A stretch of 59,744 bases of DNA from a virus (lineage: Duplodnaviria > Caudoviricetes): positions 1-59,744 of IMG/VR virus record IMGVR_UViG_3300025127_000035. One strand, 5' to 3'. Positions 49,626 through 58,619 of the stretch are shown in pieces. The first letter of the stretch is position 1, and every line of letters starts with the position of its first letter. The notes beneath the pieces were generated by a model. It was not told the DNA's origin. It ran no database searches and worked only from the letters and a program-made list of their open reading frames with translations. Position numbers and translations under genes: made by a program.

Positions 49626-50387
49626 ATGGCGTTAAATTTAGATAAGATGAGAGAGAAGCTAGAAGCTTCCAAGAATGGTGGAAAAAAACAAGAAAACAAC
49701 ACCAAGTGGCGACCGCAAGAAGGTGACCAAACAATTCGCATTATGCCCACTGAAGATGGCGATCCGTTCAAGGAATACCACTTTCATTATAATGTAGGCA
49801 AGAATCCCGGCATTTACTGTCCAAAGAAAAACGATGGTGAAGACTGTCCAATCTGTGAATTTGCTTCATCCTTGTGGCGAGATGGTGTTCAAAACAATAA
49901 TGACACCGCAAAGCGAGAAGCCAAAAAGCTGTTTGTTCGCAAACGCTATTACTCTCCAGTCTTAGTCCGAGGTCAAGAATCCTCTGGAGTAAAAGTTTGG
50001 TCTTATGGTAAGACCGCATATGAAACCCTTTTGGGTTATGTATTGGATCCTGACTATGGTGATATTACTCATCCAGAAACAGGAACTGATATCGTACTAA
50101 CCTATACGGTCCCGAACACACCGGGCTCGTTCCCAAAGACACAATTGAAACCAAGAAGGCGTCCATCCGTTTTGTGTGACGATGCTGTGGCTAATTGTGA
50201 TGATTTGGTAAGTTCTGTCCCTGAGATTGATACTCTCTTCCAACGACATACTACCGCAGAGGTACAAGCCTTGTTGGATGATTATCTTTCCTCCGATGCA
50301 AATAGTGAGTCGCGATCATCAGAGACAGCAAAATATAATACTGAAAGCAAGGTAGATGCTGCTTTTCAAAAATTTATGAACGGTTAG
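49626..50387 (+). CDS. Single-stranded DNA-binding protein (T4 gp32-like)
   Basis: IRIMP, CP...CPICE, RYYSPVLVR, VWSYGK, YGDITHPETG. Confidence 0.85.
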   Translation: MALNLDKMREKLEASKNGGKKQENNTKWRPQEGDQTIRIMPTEDGDPFKEYHFHYNVGKNPGIYCPKKNDGEDCPICEFASSLWRDGVQNNNDTAKREAKKLFVRKRYYSPVLVRGQESSGVKVWSYGKTAYETLLGYVLDPDYGDITHPETGTDIVLTYTVPNTPGSFPKTQLKPRRRPSVLCDDAVANCDDLVSSVPEIDTLFQRHTTAEVQALLDDYLSSDANSESRSSETAKYNTESKVDAAFQKFMNG

Positions 50388-50394
50388 ATACGGG

Positions 50395-50439
50395 CCGCTA
50401 CGGGGGCGCAGCGGGTAATAAATTGCGCCCCACCTTTTT
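50395..50439 (+). promoter_or_regulatory. Predicted H-type pseudoknot / terminator-like hairpin, copy A
   Basis: CCGC/GCGG and GGGGCGCA/TGCGCCCC, followed by a T tract. Confidence 0.5.
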
Positions 50440-50496
50440 AACATTTATAGAGATAAATCTTAATAATCGAAATAAAAAGCAAATAAGAGGCAAAAA

Positions 50497-51660
50497 ATGC
50501 AAAATATAGCAGATCTACAAAAACATAAGCAACAGAAGCAAGAACAAGAAATTCAAAAAGCGATTAATAAAGGGCATTTAAGTCCCTTGAGAAGTGAAAA
50601 AAAGTGCAAGGCTTTCTTAAATAGAAGATATATTTTATCTTTTGAAAACTTGAATGTACAAGATATTATCCCTGCAAATATTAGGTTTAATGACATTGAT
50701 ATTAAATATTGTGCTCATGATCTGGGCCCAAGATTAGATCAATACGAGCAATTAAACACCCAAAGTCAAGGTTTTATGGACCCGATTATGGTCACAAAGC
50801 TTGGAAATGGAAAATATAGCCTTGATTCGGGACATAATCGCTATTACACACAAGTAAATATTAGAAAAAGGAATAAAATTCCAGCATTTGTTATATCTTC
50901 CGCTTCATCTTTGATTCAATCAACTAAAGATAAAATTAAATCAAACCAAAAATCAGCAGATTATAATAGAAATTATTCTATGGAAGATGTGGTGAGTCAA
51001 TTAATTTTGCTTTATGAGCAACAATCTTCTGCAAGTGAAAAAGTTTTTAACGATATCAGCGATTCAAAACAATTTGATCATGATTTTTCAATAATTATGA
51101 ATGAGTTATATCCTCATGAGTTTTTGTCAAATATAGCCAGAGGCAAAATTAAAAAGGCTTTCATGGACAAGATGAGCCAAGGCAGCACAAGCATTGTTAC
51201 TTTTGATGAATCCTACAGATCAGATGTTCTTAATAGAAATGCTTATCCAAGCCAATATTATAAAGATGAAAAAGGTAAGGTCAAAAAAACAGCATGGCCA
51301 AATTATCTCTGTCAAAAGCAAAATGCGATTATTGGGCTTGGTACTTCAAATGCAAGAAATAATGAGGGTATGGTCTTTTCTTTCATGCAGCAAGTTTCTA
51401 ATAATCTAACTTATCAAAAAGAAACTAAAGGCTATAATATTCATTTGGTTTGTGAAATATATCGCCCAAAGCCATCGGTTTTTGAACTCGCAGCACAAAG
51501 AGAACAAGAATTGGAAAAAATTTCTAAATGGAATAACGTATTATCTTCATTTAAAAATGGTTCGTATTTAATCACAAAGGTTATTTTTCCAATACAATTA
51601 AAATCAGAACAACAAGATTTAATATACAATTGGAACTCAAAACAAAATAAATTTTGTTAG
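50497..51660 (+). CDS. ParB-like N-domain protein in an AT-rich insertion
   Basis: DPIMV..GKYSLDSGHNRY..IPAFV. Confidence 0.6.
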   Translation: MQNIADLQKHKQQKQEQEIQKAINKGHLSPLRSEKKCKAFLNRRYILSFENLNVQDIIPANIRFNDIDIKYCAHDLGPRLDQYEQLNTQSQGFMDPIMVTKLGNGKYSLDSGHNRYYTQVNIRKRNKIPAFVISSASSLIQSTKDKIKSNQKSADYNRNYSMEDVVSQLILLYEQQSSASEKVFNDISDSKQFDHDFSIIMNELYPHEFLSNIARGKIKKAFMDKMSQGSTSIVTFDESYRSDVLNRNAYPSQYYKDEKGKVKKTAWPNYLCQKQNAIIGLGTSNARNNEGMVFSFMQQVSNNLTYQKETKGYNIHLVCEIYRPKPSVFELAAQREQELEKISKWNNVLSSFKNGSYLITKVIFPIQLKSEQQDLIYNWNSKQNKFC

Positions 51661-51680
51661 TCAAACAACAGGGAGGAGGC

Positions 51681-51782
51681 ATGAAGTATTTCATGATGGC
51701 TGCACTACTCATCGCATGTGGTGACAAAGACACAGGTGAAGAAGTAGCAGAAGAGCAAGATTCAGCAGTAGAAGCTGAATAA
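51681..51782 (+). CDS. Unannotated 33-aa lipoprotein
   Basis: GGAGGAGG RBS; MKYFMMAALLIACGDKDTGEEVAEEQDSAVEAE with LIAC lipobox. Confidence 0.7.
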   Translation: MKYFMMAALLIACGDKDTGEEVAEEQDSAVEAE

Positions 51783-51794
51783 AATAAAAAAACA

Positions 51795-51825
51795 CCACAG
51801 GGAGGCATGGGTTTATTGATGTCTC
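51795..51825 (+). promoter_or_regulatory. Predicted H-type pseudoknot, copy B, in the recA leader
   Basis: CCA/TGG and GAGGCA/TGTCTC, with the same loop lengths as copy A. Confidence 0.45.
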
Positions 51826-51847
51826 AATCTACTTAACGGAGCAATAA

Positions 51848-52942
51848 TTGGGAAAGGTAATACAAATGAAAACTAAACCGGGTAAAGTTGATATTGGCGA
51901 CTTTAAAAAAGCCCTTAACAAAAAACTAGGGATTGAAGTTGCTTACGACTTAAACCATGAAAACCCTGCATCAATCAAGGATTGGATCTCAACTGGATCA
52001 ACTATTCTTGATTGGCTAATATATCCCGGCAAGAGAGCCGGTATTCCTGTTGGCAGGATCACAGAACTAGCAGGTCTTTCAGCAGCAGGTAAGTCTTTTA
52101 TGGCTGCTGTTATTGCAGCGAATGCTAATAAGAAAGGAATGAAGGTTATCTATTTTGATTCCGAGGCAGCAGTGGATGCAGAGTTTCTGGAGAAAGCTGG
52201 ATGCAATAAAGATCAAATTCTTTATGTACAAGCAACATCTGTAGAAATGGTGCTAACTTCCATTGAATATCTAATGGAACAATGGCCAGATGAACAATTA
52301 TTATTTATTTGGGATTCTATTGCCGCTACACCAGCAGAAAAAGATGTAGAGGGGGATTTTAATCCTCAATCAAGTATGGCTCAAAAGCCAAGAATCTTTT
52401 CAAAAGCGTTTGCTAAATTGCAAGTTCCTTTGGAGAGAACACAATCAACTCTTCTGCTCATTAATCAGCTTAAAACCAACATTACAACCAATGTAGCAGA
52501 AGCCATGACTACTCCTTATTTTGCCCCCGGTGGTAAAGCTATTGAGTTCCATTGTGCGCTTCGCATTTGGCTCACACGCCGAAAAGCAAAAGCTGGTAAA
52601 GTTCTTGATGAAAATGGAACACAAGTTGGTTCAGAGGTTAAAGCTAAGATTCAAAAGGTCCGTTCAGCCGGATATGGTAGAGAATGCACTTTTGATGTTC
52701 TTTGGGGCGGTAAGGATGTTAGGATTGCAGATGAAGAATCATGGCTCCATGCTTTAGCCAAAGTCAATAGTGAACGCTATAAAGCTTCTGGTGCTTGGAA
52801 AACCATCATCGATAGTAAGGGCAAAGAATATAAGTTCCAATCAAAAGATTGGCTTGAAAAACTAAAAGATGAAAAGTTTAAAGCTGCCGTAATGGAAGTT
52901 TTAGAAGAAGAGTTCGTAAACAAATATAAAAAAAATTCGTAA
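51848..52942 (+). CDS. recA: RecA/UvsX recombinase
   Basis: ISTGS..LD, GRITELAGLSAAGKS, WDSIAA, INQL, PGGKA. Confidence 0.93.
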   Translation: MGKVIQMKTKPGKVDIGDFKKALNKKLGIEVAYDLNHENPASIKDWISTGSTILDWLIYPGKRAGIPVGRITELAGLSAAGKSFMAAVIAANANKKGMKVIYFDSEAAVDAEFLEKAGCNKDQILYVQATSVEMVLTSIEYLMEQWPDEQLLFIWDSIAATPAEKDVEGDFNPQSSMAQKPRIFSKAFAKLQVPLERTQSTLLLINQLKTNITTNVAEAMTTPYFAPGGKAIEFHCALRIWLTRRKAKAGKVLDENGTQVGSEVKAKIQKVRSAGYGRECTFDVLWGGKDVRIADEESWLHALAKVNSERYKASGAWKTIIDSKGKEYKFQSKDWLEKLKDEKFKAAVMEVLEEEFVNKYKKNS

Positions 52943-52967
52943 ACCATCTCCTTTGGTTAGAGAAACT

Positions 52968-52997
52968 AAAAACCCTGATTAATTTCGGGGTTTTTTT
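52968..52997 (+). terminator. Intrinsic terminator
   Basis: AAAAACCCTGA...TCGGGGTTTTTTT. Confidence 0.75.
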
Positions 52998-52999
52998 AT

Positions 53000-53027
53000 T
53001 TGACAAATCAAAATATCGTGATATAAT
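53000..53027 (+). promoter_or_regulatory. Sigma70-type promoter of purA
   Basis: TTGACA, 16 nt, TATAAT with a TG extension. Confidence 0.75.
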
Positions 53028-53048
53028 ATAAAAGCAACGGAGGTATTC

Positions 53049-54053
53049 ATGAAAGAAATACAATATGTAGACATTGTTGCCGATCTCTCTTGGGGAGACA
53101 CAGGCAAAGGAAAAATAACATCACATCTTGCGAAGGATAAATCTTATGATTATGTTTGTCGCTGGGCTGGTGGTAATAACGCTGGACACACAGTTTTCTT
53201 AAAAGGTAAGAAGTTCAAAACACATCTTATTCCATCTGGTGTTTTTCATGGAATTAAATCAATTATCGGGCCTCAATGCGTTGTGCATCCAGAGTCCTTA
53301 CAAGAAGAGTTAGACTATCTCAAGGAGAATGGATTTGATACTTCCTTAGTTAAGGTCTCTCCGAGAGCACATATTGTAACAAAAAAGCACATATCAGCAG
53401 ATAAAAGAAAACTAGCTAAGAAACTTGGGACAACCTCAAAAGGTATAGCCCCATGTTATTCAGACAAGATGGCTAGAACCGGACAATTAACAAAAGATGT
53501 TCTCCCAGAGGAATTAATATGGGATGAACAATTAAGTGGAAGAATTCTCTGCGAGGGGGCCCAAGGTTATTATTTAGATATAGACCATGGTAATTATCCT
53601 TATGTCACCTCATCCATTACACTACCCTATGGTGCTTGTTCCCTTGGGTTTCCTCCGCAGAAAATTCGCCGTATATGGGGCATAGCCAAGCTATATGATA
53701 CCCGTTCTGGTGTGGACCCACTATTCCCCGATAAGCTCCTAAAAGACAAGCAATTGGCCAAATTGGGCGATCTAGGGGGTGAAGTTGGAGTAACAACCGG
53801 ACGGAAAAGAAAGTGCAACTGGCTTAATGTCGATATGATGATTGATGCCGCAAGAAAAACAGGAACAACTCACTTGGTCATTAATAAATGCGATGTGATT
53901 AGAGAATTAGGCATCTTTAAGTGTTATAGCGGAGGAGAGTTAAAAGAATTTTCTTCTTATCACAAGATGACCGAGTTTATTACCGATAAAGTTGGCCAAT
54001 CTGATTCATTAGCAAAACACATTTACCTTTCAAACTCCCCGGAGAGACTATGA
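53049..54053 (+). CDS. purA: Adenylosuccinate synthetase, short form
   Basis: WGDTGKGK, GGNNAGHT, GTTSKGIAP, EGAQG, YPYVTSS, TTGRKR, NKCD. Confidence 0.92.
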   Translation: MKEIQYVDIVADLSWGDTGKGKITSHLAKDKSYDYVCRWAGGNNAGHTVFLKGKKFKTHLIPSGVFHGIKSIIGPQCVVHPESLQEELDYLKENGFDTSLVKVSPRAHIVTKKHISADKRKLAKKLGTTSKGIAPCYSDKMARTGQLTKDVLPEELIWDEQLSGRILCEGAQGYYLDIDHGNYPYVTSSITLPYGACSLGFPPQKIRRIWGIAKLYDTRSGVDPLFPDKLLKDKQLAKLGDLGGEVGVTTGRKRKCNWLNVDMMIDAARKTGTTHLVINKCDVIRELGIFKCYSGGELKEFSSYHKMTEFITDKVGQSDSLAKHIYLSNSPERL

Positions 54054-55009
54054 CCGAGAAAAAAAGATTATTAATTGTTGATGCACTTAACTTGTTTATA
54101 CGAAGTTATGTTATCATTCCAACTATGGACCCCTCCGGTATTCCAATTGGCGGCACTATTGGGTTTCTCAAGTCACTACAGAAGATTATGCGTCAATCAC
54201 GACCTCATGAGGTTATTATCTGTTGGGACGGAATTGGTGGCTCTCAGAGAAAGAAACAACAGAACGAGAACTACAAAGAGGGTAGAAAACCGCTTCGTTT
54301 TAATCGTCGCATGATTGAGCTTGACCCCAAAAGCCAAAAGCAAAACAAAATTCATCAACAGATTCGCTTGTTTGAGTATTTAAATGAGCTACCTGTAATG
54401 CAATTAACTTATGATGGTGTTGAGGCCGATGATGTAATTGCGATTGTTTCTCGTCACAAACACTATGAGGATTGGCAGAAGATTATTGTCTCAAGCGATA
54501 AAGATTTCTTCCAGTTGTGTGATGAGAGCACAGCGGTTTATAGACCAGTGCAAGATGTGTTGGAGACACAAGGTACAATAAAATATAGATTCGATATTCA
54601 TCCAAACAACTTTGCATTGGCCAGAGCAATTGCGGGGGATGCCTCGGACAACCTCAAGGGAGTGGGTCGTGTTGGGTTAAAAACCATCGCCAAAAATTTT
54701 ACATTCCTCTCCGAGTCGAAACAGTACGAGTTGGAAGATTTGGTCGAATATTGCGAGAACATAGAAAAAAAGAAAGTTGCACATAATAAAATTATTGAGA
54801 ATCAAAAGTTAATAGAAAATAATTACTCAATTATGCAGCTATATAGACCCTCGATTTCGGTGCTCAATAGAAAGAAAATTGACTACACCATAGCCAGTTT
54901 TGAAACAGAAAGCAATAAGATGAATTTCACAAAAATGCTTTTTGAAGACGGACAAGGATCTATAAATTTCACGGACTTATGGAATTTAATCAAAAATTTT
55001 CAAAGATAA
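54050..55009 (+). CDS. 5'-3' exonuclease / T4 RNase H-like flap nuclease
   Basis: IVDALN, YKEGR, EADDVIA, SSDKDF, GDASDNLKGV. Confidence 0.92.
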   Translation: MTEKKRLLIVDALNLFIRSYVIIPTMDPSGIPIGGTIGFLKSLQKIMRQSRPHEVIICWDGIGGSQRKKQQNENYKEGRKPLRFNRRMIELDPKSQKQNKIHQQIRLFEYLNELPVMQLTYDGVEADDVIAIVSRHKHYEDWQKIIVSSDKDFFQLCDESTAVYRPVQDVLETQGTIKYRFDIHPNNFALARAIAGDASDNLKGVGRVGLKTIAKNFTFLSESKQYELEDLVEYCENIEKKKVAHNKIIENQKLIENNYSIMQLYRPSISVLNRKKIDYTIASFETESNKMNFTKMLFEDGQGSINFTDLWNLIKNFQR

Positions 55010-55018
55010 AAAAGTCAT

Positions 55019-55047
55019 TTGACAAGATTACAAAAAGATGTTACATA
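55019..55047 (+). promoter_or_regulatory. Possible sigma70-type promoter of the helicase
   Basis: TTGACA, 17 nt, TACATA with a TG extension; weak -10. Confidence 0.45.
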
Positions 55048-55069
55048 GTTAAAAAGCATTGGAGGAAAA

Positions 55070-56428
55070 ATGGAACACACCAACGAAACATTTCAGAGAT
55101 TTGGAAAATCATTTCAAGAGGACTTGTGCCATTTGATGCTACAGGACAGACCTTTTTGCGATCAGATCACAGAGGTGCTTAGTCTTGAATTTTTGCAATA
55201 CGAGTATCTACGAGTATTCGCCAAGACAATTTTAGATTACCGCCGTGAGTACAAGATGCACCCATCTTACAAGATTATGGCGACACATATTTCCGCAGGG
55301 CTTGGCGAGTACTCCGATGCTCTTCAAAAACAAATAAGACAGTTTTATGCTAAGGTACTCTCAAATTCAGAGATTGAAGGTACACAATATATTAAAGATA
55401 ATGCTCTTGACTTTTGCCGCAAACAGGTCCTAAAAGGAGCCATGATGAAATCGGTAAAACTCATCAAAACTTCATCTTTTGACGAGATACAGAAAGTTAT
55501 CCAAGATGCTCTTAAACTCGGAACCGACAATAACTTTGGCCATGATTACCTTAAAGACTTTGAGGAAAGATTCCAAATAAAATCTCGCGATCCGATATCA
55601 ACCGGGTGGGATAGAATCGATGATATCTGCAAGGGTGGACTTGGTAAACGGGAGCTTGGAGTTGCGATTGCCCCTACCGGGGCTGGAAAGTCTATGGTGC
55701 TCGCTGCGCTCGGTGCTGCCGCACTTAAACAAGGAAAAACTGTTGTTCACTATACACTAGAATTAGCCGACACTGTTGTCGGGTCAAGATACGATTCATC
55801 AATATCGAGCGTTCCATTAGGCGACCTAATGTCGAATAAACAAAAAATTCTCGATGTTGTAAAAGATATTGAAGGAACTCTAATTATTAAAGAGTATCCA
55901 ACGAAGTCTGCTTCAACGGAAACAATCAAAAATCACATCGAAAGGTTAAAGAAGCGCGGAATTGAACCAGACATGATTATTGTCGATTATGCCGATCTTT
56001 TGAGACCAGTTAAGGAGACCCGTGAGAAACGCCACGACCTTGAAAACATTTATGAAGAGTTGCGAGCAATCGCACAAATTTATGATTGTCCGATGTGGAC
56101 AGCTTCACAAACAAACAGGTCAGGTCTAAATGCGGAAGTTATCACCATGGAGGCGATATCAGAAGCCTTCAATAAATGCTTTGTCTCTGATTTTATATTT
56201 TCGTTGTCGAGAACCATCGAAGACAAGAATGCGAACACTGGAAGAGTCTTTGTCGCCAAGAATAGAAATGGCCCAGATGGCCTTGTGTTTCCCATTTTCG
56301 CTGATTGGTCGAGAGTTACGATGAAAGTATTAGAGAGACAAGATGAGACAATGGATGCTGCTGTGCAAGAATCCACAAAATCAACCGTAGAATTTTTAAA
56401 GAACAAATACAAAAATATGAAAAAATAG
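55070..56428 (+). CDS. dnaB: Replicative helicase (DnaB/T4 gp41-like)
   Basis: APTGAGKS, YTLEL, IKEYP, IVDYADL, TASQTNR, KNRNG. Confidence 0.93.
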   Translation: MEHTNETFQRFGKSFQEDLCHLMLQDRPFCDQITEVLSLEFLQYEYLRVFAKTILDYRREYKMHPSYKIMATHISAGLGEYSDALQKQIRQFYAKVLSNSEIEGTQYIKDNALDFCRKQVLKGAMMKSVKLIKTSSFDEIQKVIQDALKLGTDNNFGHDYLKDFEERFQIKSRDPISTGWDRIDDICKGGLGKRELGVAIAPTGAGKSMVLAALGAAALKQGKTVVHYTLELADTVVGSRYDSSISSVPLGDLMSNKQKILDVVKDIEGTLIIKEYPTKSASTETIKNHIERLKKRGIEPDMIIVDYADLLRPVKETREKRHDLENIYEELRAIAQIYDCPMWTASQTNRSGLNAEVITMEAISEAFNKCFVSDFIFSLSRTIEDKNANTGRVFVAKNRNGPDGLVFPIFADWSRVTMKVLERQDETMDAAVQESTKSTVEFLKNKYKNMKK

Positions 56429-56439
56429 AGGGAGTTATT

Positions 56440-58431
56440 ATGTTAAAAATTGGAAATATTAATGTTCGGAGATTTGGTCTATCAGATCAATTTATCGATC
56501 AATATAAAACAAAAGAGGTTCCATGGGGCCCTGTTGGTTATATCACCTATAAACGAACCTATGCTCGTCGTTTAAACGAGATAGATGCAAATGTTAAAGG
56601 TACAGAGGAGTGGTATCAGACTTGTCGTCGTGTCATTGAAGGAATGTTCGACATTCAAAAAAGACATGTGTTTGCTCTTGGATTAGAGTGGAATGATGCT
56701 AAAGCACAAAGAACAGCAAAAGAAGCTTATGATCGTTTGTTTAATTTAAAGTGGACACCGCCCGGTCGTGGTCTATGGATGATGGGAACTAAATTCATTT
56801 ATGAAAGAACAGGTGCTGGTCTATTCAATTGTGCTTTCCGCTCAACAAAAGACTTATCTTCCAAAGGAGGATATATTTTCGCTTGGATGATGGATGCTTT
56901 GATGGTTGGTATTGGTGTTGGCTTTGATACACTCGGTGCTAAGACTTTAACAATCAAAGAGCCACAATGGACAAAAGAGACTCTTATTATTGATGATAGT
57001 CGTGAAGGGTGGGTTGATTCGGTTCACATGCTTCTTGATGGATATCTGCAAGGTAAAAAAGTTCCCACTTTTGATTATTCAAAAATTCGTCCCGAAGGGG
57101 CACCAATTAAAGGCTTTGGGGGAACTTCAAGCGGCCCTGCTCCTTTAATTGAACTTCATAACAATTTAAAAGAATTATATAACGAAAAAATCGGTGAACC
57201 GATTTCATCAATTGACATTGTTGATACCGAAAACCTCATTGGTCGTTGCGTTGTTGCTGGTAACGTTCGACGCTCTGCTGCTCTTGCTTTGGGACAACAT
57301 GATGATCGTGAATACCTTACCATGAAAAATGATCAAGAAAAACTTTATCATCACCGCTGGGGTTCTAATAATTCTTTTGAGGCCAAAATCGGTATGGACT
57401 ATACTTGGCATGCCGAACAGTCACAAAAGAACGGCGAGCCCGGTTATATTTGGCTTCATAATGCTCGCCACTATGGCCGCATGAAGGATGGTAAAAGATA
57501 TGATGATATGAAGGTTATGGGCTTCAATCCTTGCGTTGAGCAACAATTGGAAGACGGAGAGCTTTGTTGCTTGGTCGAAACTTTCCCTGCAAAACACGAT
57601 TCTTACGAAGATTATGTTAAGACACTTGAAATTGCTTATTTGTATGGTAAGACAGTTACTCTTGTGAATACACACTGGAGAGAAACTAATGCTATCATGC
57701 TAAAGAACCGCCGCATTGGTTTGTCTCAATCAGGCGTAGTACAAGCTTTTAATAAGCATACACGAAGAACCATGTTACAGTGGTGTGACGATGCTTACGA
57801 ACATGTAACTGAGATGGATAAAGAATATGCTGATTGGCTTTGTATTCCTCGCTCTGTTAGAATGACCTCTATCAAACCAAGTGGAACAGTGTCTCTTCTC
57901 AATGGTTCAACACCGGGTATTCACTTCCCAGAGAATGAGTTTTACATTAGGAGGATACGCTTTGGAAAGGATTCCGATTTATTACCAACTTTGAAAGAAG
58001 CAGGTTATAAAATTGAAGATGATAAATATTCACCGAATACTGTTTGTGTTGAGTTTCCAGTAAAAGAGCCTTACTTTGTTAAAGGTAAAAAAGATGTTTC
58101 TATGTGGGAACAGCTAGAAATTGCTTCACAATACCAGCACTATTGGGCAGATAATAGCGTTAGTATTACGGTAACCTTCAATGCTAATGAGGCTCCGCAA
58201 ATCAAAGATGCTTTGGAGCTTTATGAATCTCGTCTAAAAGCCGTGTCTTTTTTAAGATATCAAGAGACGGGATATGAGCAAGCTCCTTACGAGCCAATCA
58301 CAGAAGAACAATATAATGAAATGATAAAGGGTATCACCCCTATACAAAGAATCGACACAGAGGAAGAAGGAGTTGGTTCTAAATACTGCACAAATGATTC
58401 GTGCGAAATTAATTTTGGAGAAGAAAAATGA
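56440..58431 (+). CDS. nrdJ: Class II (B12-dependent, monomeric RTPR-type) ribonucleotide reductase
   Basis: PPGRGLW, NCAF, VRRSA, NPCVEQ, IKPSGTVS, C-terminal CTNDSC. Confidence 0.93.
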   Translation: MLKIGNINVRRFGLSDQFIDQYKTKEVPWGPVGYITYKRTYARRLNEIDANVKGTEEWYQTCRRVIEGMFDIQKRHVFALGLEWNDAKAQRTAKEAYDRLFNLKWTPPGRGLWMMGTKFIYERTGAGLFNCAFRSTKDLSSKGGYIFAWMMDALMVGIGVGFDTLGAKTLTIKEPQWTKETLIIDDSREGWVDSVHMLLDGYLQGKKVPTFDYSKIRPEGAPIKGFGGTSSGPAPLIELHNNLKELYNEKIGEPISSIDIVDTENLIGRCVVAGNVRRSAALALGQHDDREYLTMKNDQEKLYHHRWGSNNSFEAKIGMDYTWHAEQSQKNGEPGYIWLHNARHYGRMKDGKRYDDMKVMGFNPCVEQQLEDGELCCLVETFPAKHDSYEDYVKTLEIAYLYGKTVTLVNTHWRETNAIMLKNRRIGLSQSGVVQAFNKHTRRTMLQWCDDAYEHVTEMDKEYADWLCIPRSVRMTSIKPSGTVSLLNGSTPGIHFPENEFYIRRIRFGKDSDLLPTLKEAGYKIEDDKYSPNTVCVEFPVKEPYFVKGKKDVSMWEQLEIASQYQHYWADNSVSITVTFNANEAPQIKDALELYESRLKAVSFLRYQETGYEQAPYEPITEEQYNEMIKGITPIQRIDTEEEGVGSKYCTNDSCEINFGEEK

Positions 58432-58619
58432 ATGATAAAATGTTAGAAATAATCAGTATCTTAAACGGTACAGCAGATGACCTTGATAAGCTTGAAAATA
58501 AAAAGTATGGCTATAAGTCCTCCGCTGTTAGGGCAAGAAAAGCTTGTCAGGAAGCTATTAATATGCTTAAGCAAATGAGAAAGGATATTCAAGATTCTAA
58601 AAACGAAGTGGAGGGGTAA
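58428..58619 (+). CDS. Small helical protein, Hc1-family-like
   Basis: D.DK...G.KSSAVRARKA.QE....K.MRK pattern. Confidence 0.5.
   Translation: MNDKMLEIISILNGTADDLDKLENKKYGYKSSAVRARKACQEAINMLKQMRKDIQDSKNEVEG

Noticed and set aside
51807-51836. 9-aa ORF MGLLMSQST after GGGAGG
   Set aside because: SD-to-ATG spacing is only 1 nt; the sequence is better explained as part of pseudoknot copy B.
53049-54053. PurZ / 2-aminoadenine (Z-genome) pathway, suggested by a PurA homologue plus a family-A polymerase
   Set aside because: The catalytic Asp is retained (GDTGKG, not GSTGKG), GTP-type NKCD and TTGRKR are PurA-like, and no DatZ/MazZ is seen in the window.
5766-58431. Inteins or introns in terL, polymerase, recA, dnaB or nrdJ
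   Set aside because: The ORFs are continuous and of normal or short length, with no splice motifs or homing endonuclease.
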